Source: Mobula hypostoma
Lineage: Eukaryota
Direction: 5' to 3'
Assembly (NCBI RefSeq): GCF_963921235.1
Contig: NC_086108.1
Coordinates: 31,808,001 to 31,872,000, forward strand
DNA: 64,000 nucleotides
Position numbers and translations under genes: made by a program
The notes under the pieces: generated by a model
The model's input: the letters and a program-made list of their open reading frames with translations, nothing else
Told to the model about the DNA's origin: nothing
Database searches by the model: none
Shown: in pieces, positions 39,330 to 51,569 of the stretch
Numbering within the stretch: the stretch's first letter is position 1
Layout of the letters: every line of letters begins with the position of its first letter

Positions 39330-42050
39330 ATAAGACCATAAGACATAGGAGCAGAATTAGGCCACTGAGATCTTCCGAGTCTGGTCTACCATTTAAAGAT
39401 GGCAGATATATTTCCCTCTCAACCAGATTCAAAGAGCACTTGTTAGTAAAGTATGGATTCAGTATACAACCTTAAGATTCATCTTCCCCACAGACAACCA
39501 TGAGAACAAAGAAAATGGAACCCTCCAAAGAAAAACATACACAAGCCTCACAACTGGCAAAAAAAGCCAAAAACACAATGTAAAAAACAAACCAAAAGAA
39601 AGTTTGAGTCCTGGCATAATCAGTTCAGCTCAGTATTTGTTATCTACAGGTTGCCCCAGCTCTCCTGCCTTCTTCCCATAACCTTTCATGTCCTGACTTA
39701 CCAAAAATCAACCTTCACTTTAAATACACCCAATGACTAGGCCTCCACAATTGCCTGTGGCAACAAGTTCAGATTCACCACTGTCTGGCTGAAGAAAATC
39801 CTACTCATCTCTGTCCTAAATGGATGTCCCTCTATTCTGAGGTTGTGTCCTCTGATCCTCAACTCCCCACAGGAAACATTCTCTCCAGATCTACTCTGAG
39901 GCCTTTCAACATTCAAAAGGCTTCTATGAGATACCCCTTCATTCTCTAAATTCCAGTGAGTACAGGCCCAAAGCCATCAAACACTCCTAAGTTAACGCTT
40001 TCATTCCCAGAATCACTTTCATAAACATTCTTTGAAGCTTCTTCAATGTCAGCACATTCTTTCTTAGACAAGGGCCCAAAATTGCTCACAATACTCCAAG
40101 TGAGGCCTCACCAGTGACTTAGATTACATCCTTGTTTTTTTTTAATATTCTGGATTTTCCTTCCTGACCACAACTCAATCTGCAAGTTAACCTTTAGGGA
40201 ATCCTACACAAGGACTCCCAGTTCCCAATGCACCATGGGTTTTTGAATTCTCTCCCCATTTAGAAAATAGTCTATGCTTTTGTTCCTTCCAGCAAAGTGC
40301 ATGACCATACACTTGCCAACACTGTATTCCATCTGCCCATTCTCCTAAACTAAGTCATTCTGCAGCCTCTCTGCTTCTTTGACACTACCTGCCCCTCTAT
40401 CAATCTTTATCTCACCTGCAAACTTGGTCACACTATGGACCCCTATGGAACACCACTGGTCACCAGCAGCCAATCAGAAAAGGCTCCCCTTATTCCCACA
40501 CATTGCCTCTTGCCAATCAGCCAATGCTCTATCCAAGCTAGTATCTTTCCTGTACTATCAAGGGCTCTTAAATTCTTAAATAGCCTCATATGCAGCACCT
40601 TGTACAAGGCCTTCTAAAAATCAAGCACACAACCTCCACTGATTCTCCTTTGTCTAGCCTGCTTGTTAGTTCCTCAAAGAATTCCAACAGATTGGTCAGG
40701 CAAGATTTCCCCTGAAAGAAACCATGCTGACTTTGGCTTATTTTACCATGTGCTTTCAAGTACCCCAAAGCCTCATCCTTAATAATCGACTCCGATGTCT
40801 TCCCAACCACTGAGGTCAGACTACCTAACCTATAGTTCTCTTTCTTCTGCCTCTCTCTCTCTTCTTGGAGAGTGGAGTGACATTTGCAACTTTCCAATCT
40901 TCCAGAACCATTCCAGAATCTCGAGATTCTTGAAAGATGATTACTAATGCCTCCATAATCTCTTTAACTACCTCTTTCAGAACTCTGGGGTGTAGTCCAT
41001 CTGGTCCAGGTGACTTATCCACCTTCTGACCTTTCAGCTTCCCAAGCATCTTCCCAGTAATACCAACTGCACTCACTTCTGCCCTGGCACACTCAAACTT
41101 CCACCATTTTGTTAGTGTTCCACAATGAAAACTGACAAAATATTTTAGTTCTTCTGCCATTTCCTTGTCGCCATTACTATACCTCCAGCATCATTTTCCA
41201 GTACTCCAATATCTACTCTCTCCTCAGTCTTGATATATCTGAAAACAACTTCTGGTATTCTTTGATATAATTGGCTAGCTTACCTTCAGATTTCATCTTT
41301 CCTTCCTTATGCTATTTTAGTTGCCTTGTTAGTTTTTGAAAGCTTCCCAATCCTTTACCTTCCCACTAATTATTGCTCAGCTATTTGCCCCCTCTCTTGC
41401 CCTTATGTCAGCTTTGACTTCCCTTGTCAGCCACAGTTGTGTCATCCTGCCTTTAGGACACCACTACTTCTTTGGGATGGATCTATCTTGCACCTTTCGA
41501 ATTGCTCCTAGAAACTCCAGCCATTGCTACTCTGCCATAATGCTTGTTAGTATCCCCTTCAAATCAACTTTGGCCAGCTCCTCTCTCATGACTCAGTAAT
41601 CCCCTTTACTCCACTGTAATATTTATACATCTGATTTTAGCTTTTCCCTCTGAAATTGCAGAGTAAATTCTACATTATGATCACTGGCTCCTTAACCTTA
41701 AGCCCCCTAATCAATTCCAGTTCATTACACAACACTCAATCTGGAATATCAGATCCTCTGGTAGGCTCAACCACAAGGTGTTCTAAAAAGCTATCTCTTA
41801 GACATTCAACAAATTCTATTAGGATCCAAAATCAGCAGCAAACTGATTTTTCCAATTACCTGTGTATTAAAATCTTCCATGACTGTCGCAACATGGCCCT
41901 TTTAAACATGCGTTTTCTGTCTCCCATTGTAACTTGCAGCCCACATAATGGCTAGTGTTTGGAAGCTTGTATATAACTCCCAGTCTTTTTACACTTGCAA
42001 TTCCTCAACTCTGCCCACAATTCTGCATCTTCTGATCTCATGTCATCTTT
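39330..42050 (-). mobile_element. Older CR1 LINE, 5'-truncated and decayed, with a small unrelated insert at ~39426-39660
   Basis: KSPGPDGLHPRVLKE, DWKVANVTPL, SQHGFFQGKSCLTNLLEFFEE remnants. CR1 3' UTR at ~39330-39420. Confidence 0.85.
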
Positions 42051-42328
42051 TTCATACATTTATGAATTACATCTGCTTGTATCTTAAAAAATTGTGGACA
42101 GTACTCAACTACAGTTAAATCTACAGAATGAAGATGTTCTCAAACTGCTTCAGATCAAATTAGATTAGATACAACTTTATTGTCCTTGTGCTGAGTACAG
42201 TGTGACAAGAATATACATAGATAAGATGTTAACAACAGGAATTCTGCAGATGCTGGAAATTCAAGCAACATACATCAAAGTTGCTGGTGAACGCAGCAGG
42301 CCAGGTAGCATCTATAGGAAGAGGCGCA

Positions 42329-42362
42329 GTCGACGTTTCAGGCCGAGACCCTTCGTCAGGAC
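42329..42362 (-). ncRNA. Minimal type I hammerhead ribozyme motif (predicted), minus-strand copy
   Basis: Reads gtc-CTGACGA-AGG gtctcgg CCT-GAAA-C-GTC-gac: the CUGANGA/GAAA/NUH core with stem I gtc/gac, stem II AGG/CCT and a palindromic ACGT stem III. Confidence 0.75.
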
Positions 42363-42367
42363 GAAGG

Positions 42368-42401
42368 GTCCTGACGAAGGGTCTCGGCCTGAAACGTCGA
42401 C
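42368..42401 (+). ncRNA. Minimal type I hammerhead ribozyme motif (predicted), plus-strand copy
   Basis: CTGACGA 42371-42377, stem II 42378-42390, GAAA 42391-42394, predicted cleavage after GTC at 42398. Same motif as the minus-strand copy. Confidence 0.75.
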
Positions 42402-43290
42402 TGCGCCTCTTCCTATAGATGCTACCTGGCCTGCTGCGTTCACCAGCAACTTTGATGTATGTTGTTAGATAAGATGTTAGCTGTCCTGTGTGATCAGCAG
42501 TTGGTCTGCCACCTGTCTTCAAGAGAGAGATAAGGAACACAATGAAACAGCATCTGGAGATGTGTAATGAAGGGACGGGAGAGAGAGAGCTGTCTGGAGC
42601 GGCTCCCCCTTTGAACCCTGAACTGTTTGAAGTGATGGACAGGCGATACCCCAGCAGGGGGATAAAAAGGGACAGGTTTGCTAAGGCACGTCACACGACA
42701 CCCGAGGTAACGAGACCCTGGAAGCGGTGCGCCTCTCACGAGTCGGTGGGAAGTACCGGACAACGCACAGGGTGGAAAGGTACAATCAGCGGGAACCCGG
42801 TGTGTGTCCGCCCTTGCTTGGGTGCCGGGTTCACTGCAGAGGATCGACCGCATCTGGAGGAGGGGTCACAGTCGGTGACCTCAGGTGACATCACCAAGGA
42901 CCTGCCCAAAAGCTGCTTGTGAGCCATATCGCCGGTCTGTGAGTGGAAGCCGTGTCTGAATGATCAGTCGTTCCCTTTCTCTCTCTCCCCCGTTGTCCAT
43001 CGCCATGGCAACGATTACTGCGAACTGAACTAAATTGGACTGAACTTTTGTATCACTTTGAAATTTGGTCATTTACCCCAGACAACGATAGAGCTTGATT
43101 GATGCTGTTATCTTAATTCTGTGCACATGTGTGTTTATCATTGCTGAACTGTTGCATTTATTATCCTTTCGATTACTGTGTTGCTTGTTTTTTTAATAAA
43201 ACTTTCTTAGTTCTAGTAATCCAGACTCCAACTGAGTGATCCATTTCTACTGGTTTGGCAACCCAGTTACGGGGTACGTAACAACAGATA

Positions 43291-44919
43291 CAGGTTTCCC
43301 TCGCCATCCGAAGGTAGAGCGTTCCTATGAAACAGTTCGTAAGCCAGAATGTCGTAAAGCGAAGAAGCAATTACCATTTATATGGGAAAATTTTGTGAGC
43401 GTTCGCAGACCCAAAAATAACCTACCGAATCATGCCAAGTAACACATAAAACCTAAAATAACAGTAACATATAGTAAAAGCAGGAATGGTATGATAAATA
43501 CACAGCCTATATAAAGTAGAAATACTTTTCCACAATCATTGCCGGCACTGTTCTCCATAGCGAAAATCGCACGCGACTGCTCTCGGCAGAAAATATCACG
43601 CAAGCACTGTTGGCAAAAACACTCTCTCCAGTAACCTTTAAACTATGAAGCAGCCAAATCATACTAAATAACACGTAAAAATAAACAGCCTATATAAAGT
43701 AGAAATAATGTGTAGTATCACTTACAGGAATCGGGAAAACATCGAGCACACTGATGACAGTGTGTTAGATTGAGTCATCAGAGGCTGGGGTGGTGCAGTG
43801 GCCCCCACCCTCCAGGCCGCTGACCGATACTGATCCGCGAAGCATGCAGGGGCACAGCAGTAGCCGGTACTCACCCAGCACATCTTTAAGAAAAAAGCGA
43901 AAATAAACATGCTAATTAATTAGGTGCCGCCCGGCATGTAAATGTCAGCCCAGATCAGAGGCGACCCAATCGGCAATCACCCCTGATCTGGGCCGACATT
44001 TACGTGCCGGGCGGCACCTAATTAATTAGCATGTTTATTTTGGCTTTTTTCTTAAAGATGTGCTGGGTGCCTCCCGGCTACCGCTGCATTCTCCGCGAAT
44101 CGGTATCTGTCTGTGGCCTGGGGGTTGGGGTGGTGGTACATGGGGTGTCATCTCATCGTCGTCTGTTTCCACGAGGGCAGGCAGGTCATCATCTTCTACG
44201 TCTGCCTGCCTTGATGTCGAAGGTCGAGGTTCGTCATCTGCTGTGGCTGATGTGAAAGGCTTGCTTGACTGCTGAGCCTCGTGCATTTTTCGATCATACA
44301 GTTCTTTGTAAGCACTCAAACCATCTTGCAAATACGCTCTAAACCAACGTACCCTTTCAAAATTAAAGTCATACTTCATCATTGCACTGAAAATCTCACG
44401 TAGTTGCTTCACGTTTAGTTCCTGGACGACTTCACTTTCGCTACTGAATTTGGTTTCAATTGTTATCCTTTCTTCTTCCAATTGCATCAGCTCTTCATCT
44501 ATCAGTTCTTGGTCATGGGATGCCAAAACCTCCAACATCATCTTCATCAACTTCCACAAGCCAAACTCACTTTGCCTTTACTTCGTTCACCACGATCGAA
44601 ACGCTTAATTATGTCTAGTTTTATGCTACGTGTAACACCCTTACGAGCTCTTTTAGGCTTTTCCAACATCTTGCAAATAGCTGCTCACAGGCACGTGTTT
44701 AAGCAATGCCAGTGAGAATGCAGTTCCGAACCCGGGGGAGAGCGGCTGCTCGGGGTGCGCGCTGCCTTTTTTTTTTAATCGCGCACTGGTTTTCCCCGCG
44801 CGCTGCCTTTCTTCGTAACAGTGAAAATACCTTCTGTTAGTGAAAACAGGGAACTAATGTAGGTCTTTCGTAACAGTGAGGTTTCATAAAACGAACGTTC
44901 GAAAAGCGGGGGACACCTG
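43291..44919 (-). mobile_element. Tigger/pogo-like DNA transposon, internally deleted
   Basis: TA|CAGGTTTCCCTCGC ... GCGGGGGACACCTG|TA TIRs. N-terminal HTH remnant (KPKRARKGVTRSIKLDIIKRFDRGERSK, ~44580-44665) lies next to a Tigger/TIGD1-like C-terminus (EVLASHDQELIDEELMQLEEE...YKELYDRK). The DDE core is missing. Confidence 0.88.
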
Positions 44920-46429
44920 TACAAAGCCAATGAAATGCAGTTAGCATCTAACCAGAAATGCAAAGAATAGCGTTATTTACAAAATAACTGCAAATAAAAA
45001 GTGCTACAGCACACAAATATAAAAGTACTGAGACAGTACAACATGGCTGCAATACTGCTTAGTACTGTGATGTGAGGTTCAGCAGGGTCACAGCCTCAGG
45101 GAAGAAGCTCTTCCTGTGCCTGCTGGTGCAGGAGCAGAGGCTCCTGTAGCGCCTACCAGATGGGAGGAGAGTAAAAAGTTCATGGTAAGGGTGAGATGCA
45201 TCCTTGATAATGCTTTTCGCCCCGCTTAGGCAGCATTTATGGTAGATGTTCTCAATGGTGGGCAGTTTTCACCACATGCTGGAGTGCTTTGCAGTCCGAT
45301 ACAGGACAATTGCCATACCACACTGAGATGCAGTTGGTGAGTATGCCCTCAATGGTACAGCGGTAAAAACTCAATTGCTAAAACACTGGATAAGCTCAAA
45401 TTACAGGTAGGAGGAAAAAAAGATAAGAATTGGGTAAAATAGGTGCTAAGAGGATAATAAAGAACCAGTGTCCTGCAAATTTTATTTAATTGAATCAAGT
45501 ATGATAGCCTTATGTTCCTCATCTTTGTCACCCTACGTGTAAAATATGTTTAAAAACTGGACAGCTGTAGTCAATTGCCTCACCATGCAAAAATAAGATG
45601 GGGTGCATCTATTTGCAAATCACAACAAAATGCAAAAGGATCTGTACCTATCAATGAGCAGCTTCACTACAGCATGATCTCACTATCAAAATCTCCACTT
45701 ATTTCAACAAATAACCAAGTATGCATCTTAAATACAAAATTAAGCCCTCCACACTGTTAATGTAAGGATACCTTTAAGTGGCGCAATATATGCTCTTGCA
45801 ACTGAAGGATTCTCAGGGGCCGAGGCCTATTAAAACTAGAGTCTCGTTTCCACAAACAGCAAACTGCTCCAGTGAGATCAATTCCCTCATCCTTTGCTCT
45901 TCCTTTGTGTTTGTTTCCTCTCCAATTCTAATTTAAGTTTAAATTGACTTTTTCTCATAGTCATTAACCAATTTGTTCTCAATTTAGTTGGTCATTCCAG
46001 ATGATACTTCATTAAATGCACAAATTTTGCAGTAAAAGGGAATGTTACCTTCTACAGTAACAAACACTTCCATTCCTGTCCATGAAGGAAGATACCTCAT
46101 TGGTTGAAATGGTATGATTATGGATCCTGTCACTTCAAAGCTTCCAGATGTCTCTAAAATAACCTTGAGACTTAAAATAGTTTATGCTGCCAATTCCTTT
46201 AAACCAGCAGAGGGATGTTTAAAAAAAATCCAATTCAGAACTTGAAACAGTTCCATTTTTAAAGAATATACTATTCTCAAAAACACAATAAAATTAGCTT
46301 GCTCATACCTGTACATTTGGGATATTTCATATGCATATACTGGGAGACTTCCACTGCTTTTGTTTTGTTTCCAATAGCAGGAATTAGTACAGAACTAAAT
46401 GCTCATAGCATGAGGATTTTAAAAAATAG

Positions 46430-47180
46430 TTAATAATCTTCAGACTACAGATACAGGAATCAGGAACAAATAAACTTATCAGATCAAGCAGCACCTGTGA
46501 GGGAGGAGAAGGAATTGACAGCATTTTGGCCCAAGACACTGCATCAGGACTGATTGAAGGGACGTAGCAGACAGAAAGGTGAGTGGGGAGAGAACATAGG
46601 TGAGGCAGGGACCAGCAAGAGATAGGTGGAGCTAGGGATGATGGGGTGAAGGAACCAGTTGGGAGTGGGAAGGCAAAAAAGAGATAGAGACAGGTGGGTG
46701 ATAGGTGGAAGCAGACAAGAAACAAGGCATATGGAATCAAGCAACACACATCAAAGTTGCTGGTGAACGCAGCAGGCCAGGCAGCACTGGAAATTCAGCA
46801 ACACACAAGTTGCTGGTGAACGCAGCAGGCCAGGCAGCATCTGCAGAATTCCTGTTGTTTGCATATGGAATCAGGTGGGGTGGGAAAAAGAAAGGGGAAA
46901 GACAGACACAGACTAGGCAGGGACACAGACTAAAAGTGATAGAATCTGACATGTAGGGAAAGTGGTAACAGGAACTATTCAGAGGGAGACTAAATGCAGA
47001 TGAAACCCGAGAGTGCATTCAGGGGTGAAGTGTACAGGTGGTAGATGGACAAAACCATGAGGTACAGAGGGACAAAAACGGCTAACAGGGGAAAAACTGC
47101 CTAAAGAGAAAGTGAAAGCATGAGGCAAAAGATTATGTGAAATTGGAAAAATCCATACTCATACGATTGGGTTAGATTAG
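46430..47180 (-). mobile_element. Old Penelope-like pLTR/3' fragment
   Basis: Degenerate terminus (gacagcattttggcccaagacactgcatcaggactga), purine-rich UTR, and aaattggaaaaatccatactcat matching the GIY-YIG C-terminus. Confidence 0.6.
46740..46860. mobile_element. Rearranged Penelope pLTR mini-insertion (tandem plus inverted pieces)
   Basis: Two tandem gcaacacac..aagttgctggtgaacgcagcaggccaggcagca units, then gcagaattcctgttgttt. 13-bp TSD gcatatggaatca (46727-46739, 46861-46873). Confidence 0.85.
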
Positions 47181-47319
47181 GTCAGTTTCACTACAGCAGC
47201 TTGACACCTTTATCAAATAATTGAGAATGCATTACTCATGTCAAGGGTCAACAGAGGCCAATATGCTGAGACAGCCTACAAGAGTCACCATGCGTCCATT
47301 GCCAATACAGCATACCCAC

Positions 47320-47492
47320 AAATTATTAATCCTAACCCACACGTCTTTGGATTCTGGGAAGAAACAAGAGCACCCAGAGTAAACCCACACAATCATGGGG
47401 AGAACACATAAATTCCTAACAGGCAGTAAGAGGAATTGCTGATTGCAGGTGCTCTAAGGCATTGCACTAACTGCTACTCTACAGCGCCACCC
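47320..47492 (-). mobile_element. Degenerate tRNA-derived SINE (V-SINE/HE1-like)
   Basis: gtctttgga..tgggaagaaac.agagcacccagag.aaacccacac.atcatggggagaac core. A similar remnant lies at ~53660-53790. Confidence 0.6.
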
Positions 47493-48982
47493 AGGATTGT
47501 AGACCACCCTGGCAGAATAAAAGGTGTTGCTCTTCAAATTTGTGATGAGTCTCACTCTAGTGATGGAGAAGGCAGAGGACTGAGAGGTAAGTATGGGAAT
47601 GGAGAGTGAAAATAGCCTGCAACCAAAGCTCAGAATTCCACAAAATCTCAGTCATCCTCAACCTCCTCCAATGCCAGTTAACAACCTGTTCTTTTTAATG
47701 CAATGCAAAATAAAGCTCAAGAACTCAAGAATACAAGAAACGAGAGGAATGGGTCGCACTTATTTCCTTGCATTAAATAAAAGAGGTGGTCCTGATCTTG
47801 GCCTCCATTTCACTTTTCCTCTTGTCCTGATCAACTTTGAAACAAATAATGTCTAAAAACAAAAGCCTTGAGCATTAATGACAGCATCCATATCTGTGGT
47901 AGAGAACTCACAAGAATGACAACCCTTTCAGAAGAATTTTTTCACCCATGATTTCAAAGTACAAGGTTCAAATTTATTATCAAAGTATGCGATATGCAAC
48001 CTTGAGATTCATCTTGCAAGCACTCAAAGAAACACCATCAAATTTTCCCCCAAAAAAGCACACACAAAGACTGCCAAATATCAAATTTGCAGAAGAGGAC
48101 AAATCAGGTAAATTACAAAAAAATGTAAACAAATTCACTTGGAACATGAACTGCAGAATCCACAGGCTGTGGAGCTTGTTCAGTGCTGAGGCAAGTGAAG
48201 CCCATCCAAGAGAGGCATTGATAGGGTAGAGAGTCTTTATATCCAAGAGAAATACATCAAATACTAGATTTAAGATGAGATCAGGAAACAAAGGAAAATT
48301 GCAAAACCTGTTATACACAGACTGGTAGGTGCTTGGAACACTGCTATGGAAAGTAGTGGAAGCAGATATGATAGAAGCATTTAGGAGCTATTTACAGGCA
48401 CAGGAACAGGCATACAGAGTGCATGGGGCCTGTTCCTGTGCTGTAACGTTCTTTAAGATGAACTGCAAGGCAAGTACCCAAGGCTGCAATTCAGTAAACA
48501 GTTGTGCAAACCCTTAACTGCTGGGTAGTTTGAGCATTTAAAGTGCTTTCAGTAGTTAAAAACTATTTATACTATTACAAGCATAAATATTTGTTCTGTT
48601 GGGCCCTATTACCAAAGAAGTTTATGATTATGCATTACTTCCACCACAAAAAAATGATAGATTTTCTAGTAAGCATGCTGTTAAAACCTCTCTGGTAGAC
48701 TACCTTCTTTTGAAAGGTTTCTCAGGTGTTATATTGAAACCTTATTGCTTATTTCGGAAGCATGCATGTTACTTGTACTGAAGAGGAATAGAACAATAAC
48801 CATTTAATCATTTATGACATTAGATCAAAACAACTTCAAGGCTGTCATTTTAAAAAGCAGCAAATTGAACAATTTAAGATCTCTCCATTCCGGAACCAGA
48901 AAACTATATCGTTTGAAACGCAAATGGGAGGGGTGGGGAAGAACCTGTAGCTAAAATAGGGACAAGATGGCCAATTAGCCCC

Positions 48983-49891
48983 CTCTCTTCACCATTTACA
49001 CCTCGGACTTCAACTACTGCACAGAGTCTTGTCATCTTCAGAAGTTTTCTGATGACTCTGCCATAGTTGGATGCATCAGCAAGGGAGATGAGGCTGCGTA
49101 CAGGGCTACAGTAGGAAACTTTGTCACATGGTGTGAGCAGAATTATCTGCAGCTTAATGTGAAAAAGACTAAGGAGCTGGTGGTAGACCTGAGGAGGGCT
49201 AAGGCACCAGTGACCCCTATTTCCATCCGGGGGTCAGTGTGGACATAGTGGAGGATTACAAATACCTGGGGATACGAATTGACAATAAACTGGACTGGTC
49301 AAAGAACACTGAGGCTGTCTACAAGAAGGGTCAGAGCCACCTCTACTTCCTGAGGAGACTGAGGTCCTTTAACATCTGTCGGACGATGCTGAGGATGTTC
49401 TACGAGTCTGTGGTGTCAGTGCTATCATGTTTGCTGTTGTGGGCTGGGGCAGCAGGCTGAGGGTAGCAGACACCAACAGAATCAACAAACTCATTCATAA
49501 GGCCAGTGATGTTGTGGGGATGGAACTGGACTCTCTGACGGTGGTGTCTGAAAAGAGGATGTTGTCCAAGTTGCATGCCATCTTGGACAATATCTCCCAT
49601 CCACTACATAATGGACTGGTTGGGCACAGGAGTACATTCAGCCAGAGTCTCATTCCACCGAGATGCAACACTGAGCGTCATAGGAAGTCATTCCTGCCTG
49701 TGGCCATCAAACTTTACAACTCATCCCTTGGAGGGTCAGACACCTTGAGCCAATAGGCTGGTCCTGGACTTATTTCCTGGCATAATTTACATATTACTAT
49801 TTAATTATTTATGGCTTTACTACTATTTAGTTATTTACGGTGCAACTGTAACGAAAACCAATTTCCCTCGGGATCAATAAAGTATGACTAT
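48983..49891 (+). mobile_element. Rex1/Babar LINE, 3' portion
   Basis: LFTIYTSDFNYCTESCHLQKFSDDSAIVGCI, LQLNVKKTKELVVD, YKYLGIRIDNKLDW, LYFLRRLRSF, CNTERHRKSFLPVAIKLYN. Ends gggatcaataaagtatgactat. Confidence 0.92.
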
Positions 49892-50602
49892 CTTGTGCCA
49901 TGCATTCTAAGGACTGGATATTTTGCAGCCAGTTCCAACAGAATCGTCTGGAAATCATGAAAAGCCTTATCCCAACATTGCTTTCAAGCACAGAAATTTG
50001 GGACCTAATGAATGGCAATTGGTTGTATAACTGACAAAACCCTAACCAGCACAGTTTAACAACATGACTTCTTTGCACAAAAATGCACTTTTTAAAGTTG
50101 TTCTTGTATCAGTGTATAATTTTTTGTGAATGCTTATAATAAAATTTATTGCAGCAAATAAGTTTTTACTGCACTTCTGCATACCTGCATTTATGCATCC
50201 GACAGTAAACTGAATTTTGTCCTTGATCTTTTGCTACACCCAGGGGCAGACCCTAGTCTTGTTGTGGTTACATCAACATTATACCAAAAATGTAATGGGG
50301 TAAATGATGAATTCTCAAATCCTGTGCTATCAAATGACATTGATTTCACTGAGCTAAATGGATTCAGAGACAAAGAGTAGGAAGCCAAGTTATTTGTTTA
50401 AATTTGCTTCAATGTTTTTAATTGTACGTTTTAGAACTAGACATTTAAAATATTTATAGCCTTAGCAATCAGCAGAGCCTCACCAGCCACTTTGCTGGCT
50501 ATGACAAGAAATTTGTTTTTACACCACTCACAACCCATCTTTATTCGTACCATTCCACTGGACTTAAAGGTGCAGAAGGCAAGTGAGATGAAAAGCACAT
50601 TG

Positions 50603-50798
50603 ACACGAGGAAATCTGCAGATGCTGGAAATTCAAGCAACACACACAAAAAATTCTGGTGAACGCAGCAGGCCAGACAGCATCTATAGGAAGAGGTACAG
50701 TCGACGTTTCGGGCCGGGACCCTTCGCCCGAAATGTCGACTGTACCTCTTCCTATAGATGCTGCCTGGCCTGCTGCGTTCAGCAGCATTTTTTGTGTA
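50603..50798. mobile_element. Fold-back Penelope pLTR mini-element
   Basis: Inverted arms meet at gggacccttc|gcccgaaatgtcgac. Probable decayed TSD aaaagcacattg / aaaggcactttg. Confidence 0.85.
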
Positions 50799-51569
50799 AA
50801 AGGCACTTTGGTTGGGACAATCGGAAGTAGTACTGGTTCAACTCAATTTAGCACCTTGCTATCCTGTGCCACTGAAGTTATGATCTCTAATGTGCTCTGA
50901 AACATCAAAAATCAGTAAATGAGCTATATTCTGGTTATACATCGCCATTCCAGCCATGAACTAAATTGAGAAGCAACATATTACAAGGCACTGAACAAAA
51001 AATGTACTTGTGAAACTGACTGGATAGCTCAAGCAGGAAGGGCAAGTGAAGCCACATTGACTGTTTCAGCTCCTCAATCATAGGATGTTGCATTTAAACA
51101 GATTAAAAGCAAAACAAAGATATTTAAAAGACAAATAGAATCCTCAAGAAAGTTGATCAAGTTTGACTTCATGTTTTAAGATTAATTGCAATCAACAACT
51201 AAAAAAATCAGATGTAAAGACTTCGGGAAAAAAACTACAAAACCTGGTACAAAAAGCTGGAAACAGTCAGTACTTGTAGAGAGAACAGACTATGTAATGC
51301 TGTCTGTGCATCAAAACTGACACAAGCCAATAGGAACCATTTTTGTTCTCCATGCCTAGTAACAGGATAGTAGTCAATCAGCTAGTAAGTCAGGCAAAAA
51401 AAAAATCATACCCATGTTCCAAAGGAAAGGAACATATCTGGACTTCAATTCAGTGAAGTAGAGCAGAATTATAACCAATAATGAACAGTTAACTCAATTA
51501 CTTTTTAAGTTCATCACTGGGTTTGATATTTGTTGCTGGTTAGGGAGGGGAATAATTGTTTCACCACTT

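Larger units (their letters stand above)
42232..42465. mobile_element. Fold-back Penelope pLTR mini-element
   Basis: Near-perfect inverted repeat (~98-bp arms) of the PLE terminus. 14-bp TSD tagataagatgtta (42218-42231, 42466-42479). Confidence 0.9.
42201..43283 (+). mobile_element. Solo LTR (family A, copy 2) containing a PLE mini-insertion
   Basis: TGTGAC...GTAACA ends, perfect TSD acag (42197-42200, 43284-43287). Highly similar to 17383-18245. Confidence 0.92.
42158..45372 (-). mobile_element. Rex1/Babar-like LINE 3' fragment acting as host for nested insertions
   Basis: 42158-42200, 43288-43290 and 44922-45372 rejoin to match the uninterrupted copy at ~18994-19352 (ttagattagat.caactttattgtc...gagtacaga.acaaagccaatgaaatgcagttagc). 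Confidence 0.85.

Noticed and set aside
42202..42540. Recurrent short ORFs such as ...DEGSRPETSTVPLPRDAAWPAAF... as a small-protein family
   Set aside because: They are translations of the non-coding PLE terminal repeat on both strands, with variable starts and frames.
17383..43283. Two similar same-orientation LTRs as the ends of one 26-kb LTR element
   Set aside because: Each has its own perfect TSD (cgtg versus acag) and I see no PBS or internal domain next to either. They are independent solo LTRs.
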